DNA of 64,000 nucleotides from Perkinsus chesapeaki ATCC PRA-425 (Eukaryota; Protista; Perkinsozoa): NCBI GenBank assembly GCA_013115145.1, contig JAAPAO010000141.1, positions 508 to 64,507 of the forward strand, read 5' to 3'. Shown piece by piece: positions 55,200 to 64,000 of this stretch (position 1 is its first letter; each line of letters starts with the position of its first letter). The notes under the pieces were generated by a model. It saw only the letters and a program-made list of their open reading frames with translations, ran no database searches and was not told where the DNA came from. The position numbers and the translations under genes were made by a program.

Positions 55200-58100
55200 T
55201 ACTATAGCTTATCCCGGTCATGTTTGGTTGCTGGCAAATGCTGTACTAGCAATTCAGTCTTCCAGAGGGAAACTTGAAGATGCCGATGAAAATGTACGGA
55301 ATGATTTTACGACTCGAATTCTCTCTAGTATCCTCCTTATCTCTGATGAGGTTGGTGAGGTTCTTGGTAGGTATTAATCGAATCCTGTCCAATAATCTAC
55401 TCGAATGATCATCCAAGAGATCTTCTCATGTCATCTGTTATGTCTATACAGGATGACTATTTGATATCGAAGTAACGCTACCGTACCCAGTAGAGCTCAT
55501 CATGCGGACTTGATATTTTAGGTTGCACGGGAAGCTCCGACAGGATAATCGCCAAACCTGTTCGGAAACTACTCCACCGTTGGTTGGTTGCTTGCCGATC
55601 ACAATGATGTGGATGAGTTGGCTCATGGCCTCGCCCAGTTCGTACACAAACGAGAATTTGCCCTCCCTTGCAGTTGCGACAGTAAACCGATCACGTGATC
55701 GATTTGTTTAATCCCTCTCCGATCATCAGTTGCTTTATCGTATCGGCGTGAGCAATTGTGTGGAAGACGCTGTGATGGTTCCATCACTTGTTTCAAGTGA
55801 TGGGTTCTCTTTGCGAATGCTTCCTCAACTGATTCAAGTTATGCCATTACTCCAAGGAAACATCGAACAGCAGCAGGAGACAGCATTTGCATTGGCTAAC
55901 CACTTTAAAGTTCATAAGAACGTCGCTAAACACGAATCTATCAAAGTGAGGGAGAAGTCATCTACTTTACCACCTCTTGAGAATGTTCCCTGCTCAGCCG
56001 TTTGTATATAGAACAATGACATCTTTATTTACCCTTCCGGAAGCTGCCTCGGCAATTGGGATGCATCTGATGAGGGTAGGTTGAGACTGACTGGGAGACC
56101 GACGGCGAAGTTAGGCTGTCGCTGATGAAGTTGGGGATAATAGTTTCAACAATTTAGATCATACCTGATAATTATATTGATAAATTATTAAATAAGTTGC
56201 AGGAGGAGTCGGGTACTATGGAGGCATCCTATTTGCAACTGCTCGAGGACTACACTAAAGAGTAACTTCGATTGAGCAGGCTGAGTGCTTGAGAATGTTT
56301 AATAACAGATACCCAGCACGAGTAGCCAGTATGCATTTGGATAGAGTGCAATCGCTTATCACTGAAGAAGAGTCAGATCATAACAGAGCGACTGGGATAC
56401 GATTGATACACATCCTCTGTAAGGTGTTCATTATCATTATTATCACTATTGGACTTGCAAGGTCGCAATAGCAAATACATTAATACTCGGGAAAATCTCT
56501 TAAAGGATTCATGAATATCACCGGAACTTTATTTCGTCATCAACCTACTGTTTTGCGTACATCAGGCAAGGAAGAGTGTATGGACGTCCTCAAAAGCTGG
56601 CAGATCTTCAAGCGCAAGCAAAAGTACTTGTTTGACCGACAGAAGTCTGGTGAAGAGACCAATCGTGAGGTAGGCTGCTGTTTCTCACCACCTTGACAGA
56701 GATTGGTTGTCGGCAGGTTTTGCTTTTGGCGGCCGATGTTGAACCTGGTATGTCCGGCGTCGAGTACATATGGAGTAACGTATCACCTTGTTCTGGACAC
56801 TTGTTGTTCAATCCTCAGGCCTGGATTGCTTTAGCGACGGTAAGCAATTTTAATTTATATGTGGAAAATTAATTATAATAATTTAAACAGCTGTTGATAA
56901 TATAGGATGTCGTTATTAATAATAATATAAACCATTATTCATATACAGCAGTAGAGTGACTGGACAGGTGTTGATAATATAGGATGTCGTTATTAATAAT
57001 AATATAAACCATTATTCATATACAGCAGTAAAGTGATTGGACAGGTGTTGAGGAGAAGGGGGAAGGCATTACTAGACGATGCTTTGAACTGCCATGGCGG
57101 CATAATCGCAGATCTTACCCCTATGAGGATTACCGAACTTGCCAATGCCCAATTGGACTCTGAATCAACCTCTGAGGAATCTTTGGTGAGTAGCTATCGA
57201 TAAGTATTAGAATATCTTCCCGATTTAGAGAGCCATGTCGGCGTGCTTGGCAGCCCTGGCCGACATAGACATTACCAATATAGGTCGGAGCGCTTATATA
57301 GCTTCGAATGTGGCGAACCAAACCACATCGAAGGAGATATCTCCAATGGGAAGGAGGCTAAGTACGCCGCAGAGTTGTGTAGGGCAGAATCATCCTAGGA
57401 TGTTGCCTTATCAGATGGATATCTAAAATCGGTTTTAAGGCGATCCCCATTGGCCCAGCTGGCATTAACAAAGGGCGCTGGTCGAGCAACCCTTCCGGTG
57501 CTTAAAAGGTTACTGAAGACTGTTAGAGTACCTTCGGGAATTTTCGGAGGACCGTGAGACAAATCGATTGACACTAAGTTGGGTTGATCCTCATACCAGA
57601 TATATGGTAGCGACCAGCTGGAAAAAATTCATAAATAGATTGCTGAAAAGTGGCGAGGCGAAGCCGAATGAAGTGTACGATACTTTGATGGAAGGAATCG
57701 ATACCACACCTGTAGGGTGAAGTGGGGTATAAAATGTGTATGACTTCATTGCATTAGGGCAACGCTGTGCTGGGACTGTCAGCATTGGGGAGATGTCGAC
57801 CGTTACAGTTTTCGATGAATGCTAAAGATGCCATAGAGAAAGTGTAAGAAATGTGCTGTTTATTATTTATTAATAATATCTGGTCTCTATCAGACTCAAC
57901 TCTGAGGTGGATATAGGTGGACAAGCTGGAGTTCGATCACTGGCTGTTATTGCTATGGCACTTTTACTTAAATCAATGCCTTATACACAAGCACTAGCGG
58001 TTGCTGAGGTGAAATATATCTTTATGCCACTACCTCATCATTACATTTATATATTAATCAGGTTTTATTTGCCCCCGCCACAGAAGTATCCTCTTCATCC

Positions 58101-59898
58101 ACTCTACTTGGTCCTATCCTATGGATGTTACCCTATTGGACTTTAATTGACCACACTCAAATTGAACGTGTCGTAGAGTAAGCCCTCCTCGTGCACAATA
58201 TTATCTTTATTATTCAATCTAGTCGTTTAATATTGGGCTGCCGTACCCCATCAACTGCTTTGCCATCTGGATACGGGCTTACGTTGCTGGTCACTCTTCA
58301 TTGGGACGACCCTGAAGTTCTCCATTTCATACGCGACAAGCTCACAGAATCGACTCCGGTACCACCTCATGCAGATGATGTCTGCGCACGCGTGCTGGTA
58401 TGTGGTGATGTCGTCGGCGGCGGCGATTCACAGGCTTTCTCTGGAGAACTTGGAGCTATCGGCGCAGGGTTGGCTGGAGTGGACTTGGAAAGTATGCCGG
58501 GAAAAAAGCAAGTGTATCCACCATTGGTGTCTTTCAGATAGCGCAAGTGTTGAACCGCAACTCAGAGTTTTGTATCTGGGCTCACTTTATGGTTGCCCCG
58601 GTACTCTTCCTATTATACCCATGGATAAGCTTCACGCGCCACGAAATTGTGATAATCCTCTGACTATTGTCGACAAGTTGGAGAAGTACGATGATGAATG
58701 CACAGTTGGTGTAGCGGTTCAATTGATGCATACTGCAGAATCGATCACTTGGGCGAGCGCTAATCGCAAACGACGAGAAATCAACAACCTGTCATATATT
58801 AAGCAAGGCACTGCACTACAGTTAGTTATGGAAGCCTGCTCGGAGGCTTCTGAAACGTCACCGCGCCACGAAATGGGTCTGTTGGCAGTTAGCCAGTTGA
58901 GCGAAGCTCTTCCGCGTAAGGCCATGCGAATCATTCTAGATAGTGCCCGAAGTCTAAGCTCCGACTCCGAACTTAAGATACGCATTCTCAGCTATTGTGG
59001 CGAAGTTGGTTTATCAGACCTCTTTACCTTATATGAGAGAGCTTCATCATTACCCAAGGAGAGTGTTGAGAACTTGCTATGTTCCATATCACTCTTGCCG
59101 CAAAATGTCTTTGATTTCGAAGGGCCCCTTATTGCTGCTTTAGTTGCAGTGGCGAAGGGAGCATTAAATTCGGTTGACACTTCCCGTATGTTCGTAACCG
59201 ACCTCAACGCGGCTTTTAGGAAGTGGAAGGATTCGCCTGATGACGATGGCGCCTCACTGTGTCGAGAGATAGTAGAATCGTTAATCGACAAAGTTCCACA
59301 ACTGTTTGCTCAACCTCATCTATGGCGCATCTGCCAAGCTATTCTTGAAGATAACATCGATGAGATCTCTCTGGTGCGAATTGGGAAGCTCAATCCTCTC
59401 TTAGTAGCAAGGATACGCAAATTCCAAGCAAAGGTGCGGCAAGAAATCCTTCAAGATACTATCCTGAACAAAGAACGATTCCGCCCTGAACAACTATTGA
59501 AGGTTGCGGATGACTTCGTGCAATCGTCGAACAACATCGATGAGAGTCGGAGGACCATTCTTGGCCTGGCTGAGAGGTTCAGGAGTAAAGACGATGATTT
59601 GGTGGCCCGCGACATCTGTAGAGACCTCGCGTCTGCCATTAGCATAGCGATTGCCGGTCGAGGGGAAATGCGTCTGGCAGCGACTTCATTTGATGTCACT
59701 GAGAGGATCGACGATATCTTACCAGTTGAGCTTGCCAATAACTGGAGACCTCCTTGCTTTGGTGTTATGAAGGATATCCAACGATCGATCGATTATGTTG
59801 GAAAGTGCCTCACTTGCGGATATGTTTTTAATGACACTGACGATCCTAATGTCTACAAGCTTGTGCAGAATATGTTTGCTAACTGTTCGGTTTCTTAA
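55200..59898 (+). CDS. Large helical (HEAT/ARM-like) hypothetical protein; start uncertain
   Basis: Many Leu-rich helical exons ending in a terminal exon of about 1.35 kb (ORF 58369-59898). Confidence 0.6.
56892..57051. repeat. 77-bp tandem duplication
   Basis: TGTTGATAATATAGGATGTCG...GGACAGG at 56892-56968 and 56969-57045, with two substitutions. Confidence 0.93.
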
Positions 59899-60329
59899 TC
59901 GTTATTGTAGATTTTGTCAATAAGTTGTCAAGTTGGTCTCATGCATGGTAAGCTGTAAAAATAAACGCAATTGAACGCTTAAGAGGAAATATTCAATGGA
60001 AACTACGTCACATGCTTAAGGTTCTTAATTTAAGAAGGTATATATTATTATGTATATGATCCGTGGTAACCGTAACTTACCGTATTCGGACTGCATCGGC
60101 CAAGGTATTGTGATGGGTTGATAACTGTGCACGCTCTCACTCCAATAAGCCCCACATATTAATAGTAGTTTCATGAAGCCCAAGTGATGCCATAAATAGA
60201 TTGAACTTCCAATTGAACCTACCATTTGGCATTGTCAGTGTGTTTTCATATTTGTTTGAGATTGTCTCCACCTCCACCTCCTCCTCCTTCTCCACTGCTC
60301 GGTCTGTCCTTCCTATGTATTCAACTAAT

Positions 60330-61438
60330 CTAGACTCTGGCAACAACATCACTCATAATGAATATGACTATCTGATCATCTCTAATGAGATTTCCAAGGA
60401 AAACGCTGATGGCCGAGGGTACAGCAGCAGCATCATCATCACCTACTCAACCGTCCACTAGTTGTTGTTGTTCTCTTTAGTTTGTTAAATTACCTTGACG
60501 CACCGCACAGGTGTGTAACAGCTGAAATGAGAGCCACTCTCATAACTTGGATAATTGAGGTGCATTACAATTTAAGCGATGATAGATTCAGAGAAGAATC
60601 ATTATTTCTGGCCGTAATGGTATCCGCATCTAGCGTTGCTCATCAAGCTCATCAGATCGACATCATGGATCGATTCCTAGCTGCATCACCGGACACAAGG
60701 AGTCGACACTTACAGTTAGTTGCTTGCGCTGCACTTCTCATCGCAATGAAGTAAGGGTAAGATAAGACGTGCAATTACTATGTCGTTAGATTTGAAGACC
60801 TCAGTCATCCAAGTCTATCAGCTATGGTTTCTACATGTGGTATCGGGACATATTCAGCAACACAATTAGCAAAAATGGAGACTAATATACTCAATACACT
60901 TGAGTATGCACAAAGAGCAATATATAAGCCATTAACATTATAGATTCGACCTAAAACGCCCGACTGCACTGTTCTTCATCCAGTTCATCATGGGTAATTC
61001 TACTACAGAACTGGAGCGACGTCTGGCTGTGTAGCGTATCTGCAATAGTAGTCTCTTTTTTACATTTGAACAGTTACCTTCTCCGTCTCTCCATCATTGA
61101 ACCTCAATATATCGCTTATCCCAAAAGCCTTATAGCTGCGGGAATCTGTGCTGCAGCAGTCGGTATCCTGTGCCCACATCGTGTCTCTAGTATAGAGTAA
61201 GTTCAATGCTGATGGGGCTCCCTATACTTTGATCAGATTCTATTATGATGAGGATCTAGTAGATGGATTGGCGAGGCAGCTTGTAGCTTTCTACTATAGC
61301 GCCCAACATCATTATCAGTCTGATCCTCATCGGTACTACAACTCGGTCAAGGTGGTTTCAAGGACATCCCTTCCATTGGCTGATAAATGGCCATATAGTG
61401 ATGGCCATAGCGGTGGCATTGATGCCATCACCTTTTAA
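60330..61438 (+). CDS. Cyclin (A/B-type cyclin box); start uncertain
   Basis: TAEMRATLITWIIEVH..EESLFLAV|DIMDRFL..LQLVACAALLIAMK|FE..KMETNILNTLE. Confidence 0.92.
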
Positions 61439-61439
61439 G

Positions 61440-62507
61440 ATGAATTATTGTCACTACCGGTGGTTATTTGGTATGAGCCTTGAACATTGACAAGGCAGGC
61501 TCAATACCACATGCTTTGCTTATCAAGGCTGTTGTTCCGAGCCCATTCCAATTCACCAACGTGGAACTGCTTTCACGGTTGCATGCCTCTTCGTTACGGT
61601 GCACAATAGCATCATCATCACCAGTACTGTTTTGTTATGTTGTTGATTCAATCAACTTGGTTGATGAAACGTTCGCTTTGAAGCACTAAATTCGCAGAAC
61701 GCTACATGGGATATCGGTAAGCGAAACATTGCCTTCCGGAGCTCAGCAAAATCTGCAGCCGTGTCTTTGAGATATCAGATTCTACACAATTTACCTCATC
61801 CAACTGAAGGGCAGCAAAGAAGACTGCACAGAGAAGTAGGCTGGTCCCTCGACTCGGTCACATCCAATTACCCGGCAACTACTTCGATTCCAGAATGATA
61901 GTGATATCAATGGGGTCGGGAATCGCCAAGACAAGGCTATTATTGTGGAGGTAGGTAATGTTCGTACCTAGAGGGCAGCCGTTGGAAAGAATAATAGTTA
62001 TTATGACCTTCGATGAATATCTGAGCATAAGCTGGGAACACCGAAATATCATTTAGAGTGATCCTTCCTTCATTGTCAATAGTAAATGCTGTGGGACCAG
62101 TGTTCTGCAGCACAACCAGAAAAACGTCAGTTTTCCAAATCGTTCTGAAAGGATAATAGATATCGAAGATGACAGCAAGCAATTATTACAGATTAGTCAG
62201 CTTCTTAGCTGGTCCATCAAATTGTACTACAGCTGAGCCATTGCCAAGTAATGGTGCATTACCTTCCCATGTGAACGTACCATCGGGTACACGTGGGCCT
62301 GAAATTGACGATATTCATCAAGGGATTCTCTTTCGATAAGTTTACTTTGGGTAGTTGACGGGGCGACCGTTGTAGATCCTAAAATAAACCCTAAATGGAT
62401 TGATAGATATAAGCTCCATAATTACCTTTGTTTGAGCTACATCCATTGAACGACAGGATAATATAGGCACATAATATAATACACCCTTGATGAGAGGGTG
62501 ACTTCAT
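61440..62507 (-). CDS. Secreted hypothetical protein; 3' end uncertain
   Basis: MKSPSHQGCIIICAYIILSFNGCS is signal-like; several exons including ORF 61940-62182. Confidence 0.5.
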
Positions 62508-63438
62508 CATCCCAGAGGTTAAGAGCAGATCAATGAACAAGTGACGCCATCTTCGCAAGAGTGTCACGGAAGTACCAATTGCTTAACGTAATTTGTTGCC
62601 TTCGTACAGTACTTGCGGCTCACAAATATTCCCGATTGGGTTTTCCGATGTTGCCTGGGGCAAATTACCTCAACGTTAGTTTTCTAGCTTGTGCAAAGAT
62701 GATAATTCGCTTTTCTTTGCTTTTGTTCTTGTCCATGCGTACACGGATGGGGGCATGGTACGCATACTCACCAGCCCGTCGCCGCCGCGGGATCCTCTTC
62801 CCACTGTGAAGGACTCCCTGGGCTATTTGGTGCAACATGACACAAACCGTTGAACTCAAAACAAAAAGTTAAAATGATCATTAATCTATAGTTCAGGTTG
62901 CACAACTGCGTGCCGACGCAGAAACTTTCTGCGGTGCAGCTCGGGTGAGGCGCCTTGAAACAGGAAGGCCAGAAAGGCGTTCCTGGCGCCTCAAAAGGCC
63001 AGAAAGGCGCCTCACCCGAGCTGCACCGCCAGCAGAAGGATACTTCGTAAGCTCTGACATCCAAGGCAACCTTTCGACAGGCGCCATTGGATAGATTTCG
63101 TTGCAAGTACCGCCAGCGGCTTTTGCAATATAGTATGCTTCTTGCGAGATTTATTGATACCAAAAACCCATGGCTCCAACATAGTTGATCTAGACACCGA
63201 ACGAGGTTCTACGAACACCTCGGCGTTTCTATGCCATACGCGTTGACTGAAAGCTGATCACTGCAGAGCGAGTGGTCCAGCAAATGTTGGGTGCTTCTCA
63301 GCTGAGAACTCAACAACTAGATCTGAAAAAGCGTTAACGTCGTTCGCGTCGTAGGAAGCTTGTCGTAAGCAATATCATGGCAAGTCAAGAATACAATTCC
63401 GGAAGGGAAACAATGACAACGATCAACATCCGAAAAAG

Positions 63439-64000
63439 TCACTTAGTCATGGAGTTCGAAACATTCGATGTGTATAGCGACATCTTACAACTAAGGCCAT
63501 GGTTTGGGTATACCGTCTTATCATAAATATTATGCAGTATTAAGAACATCACAAAGAAGGAGAGTGTAATTATTACAGACTGTAATTTACGGTCTCGTAT
63601 TAATATGACCAACTTTATAATATTCAACCAGGCAGTAGTGTATTATACTTATGGTTCACAGTTGTAATTTTAGTAATAATGTAATAATTACTTTCACTGC
63701 CTCATATAAGGGAGAATAGCCGAGTCCGAATCCCTAGCTGGTTCAGGGTTCGCGCAATCGCAAGGGGGAAGATGGGATGGATCTGAAGAAGTGGTTGTAG
63801 TTCTAATAGGACTGCTCGTAGTGGTTGTAGTAGGGCCGGCGGTTGTGGTTGTAGTAGGACCGGCGGTTGTAGTTGTAGTAGGACCGGCCGTTGTAGTTGT
63901 AGTAGGACCGGCCGTTGTAGTTGTAGTAGGCCCGGCCGTTGTAGTTGTAGTAGGACCGGCCGTTGTAGTTGTAGTAGGACCGGCGGTTGTAGTTGTAGTA
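63439..64000 (-). CDS. Mucin-like Thr-rich protein (3' part; truncated by window end)
   Basis: 24-bp repeat encodes TTTTTAGP, then SSPIRTTTTSSDPSHLPPCDCANPE. A hydrophobic stretch VIITLSFFVMFLIL lies downstream. Confidence 0.75.
63825..64000. repeat. 24-bp coding minisatellite (GTAGTAGGACCGGC[C/G]GTTGTAGTT)n
   Basis: About seven tandem units visible up to the window end. Confidence 0.95.

Noticed and set aside
62960-63015. Direct repeat GGCCAGAAAGGCG in a GC-richer intergenic stretch
   Set aside because: Only two 13-bp copies; no supportable ncRNA fold or TE hallmark.

Overview
Eukaryotic, intron-rich genomic DNA. Most introns are short (about 43-60 nt) GT-AG introns. Gene content and style suggest an alveolate parasite, most like Perkinsus (inferred, not searched). 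No rRNA, CRISPR array or intact tRNA was found. Recognisable genes: phosducin-like/TXNDC9, Maf-like pyrophosphatase, poly(A) polymerase, La/LARP7-like protein, RPS29, RMD1/DUF155, a PX-domain protein, a single-domain voltage-gated cation channel with an EF-hand, a CCCH zinc-finger protein, a cyclin and a Thr-rich mucin. Two signals stand out. (1) From 7.5 to 17.5 kb, eight co-oriented genes with predicted signal peptides form an island. Several carry short motifs matching animal signalling docking sites (CRIB, PP1 RVxW, PP2A-B56 LSPIxE, beta-TrCP DSGxxS, poly-Arg NLS-like run), so this is a candidate effector island using motif mimicry. (2) From 17.6 to 39.5 kb, over 20 tRNA T-arm/B-box motifs (GGTTCRATYCC, both orientations) lie mostly inside short spliceosomal introns. 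A degenerate tRNA copy with a 9-bp flanking direct repeat sits at the start of that block. All exon structures were assembled by eye, so gene ends are often approximate.
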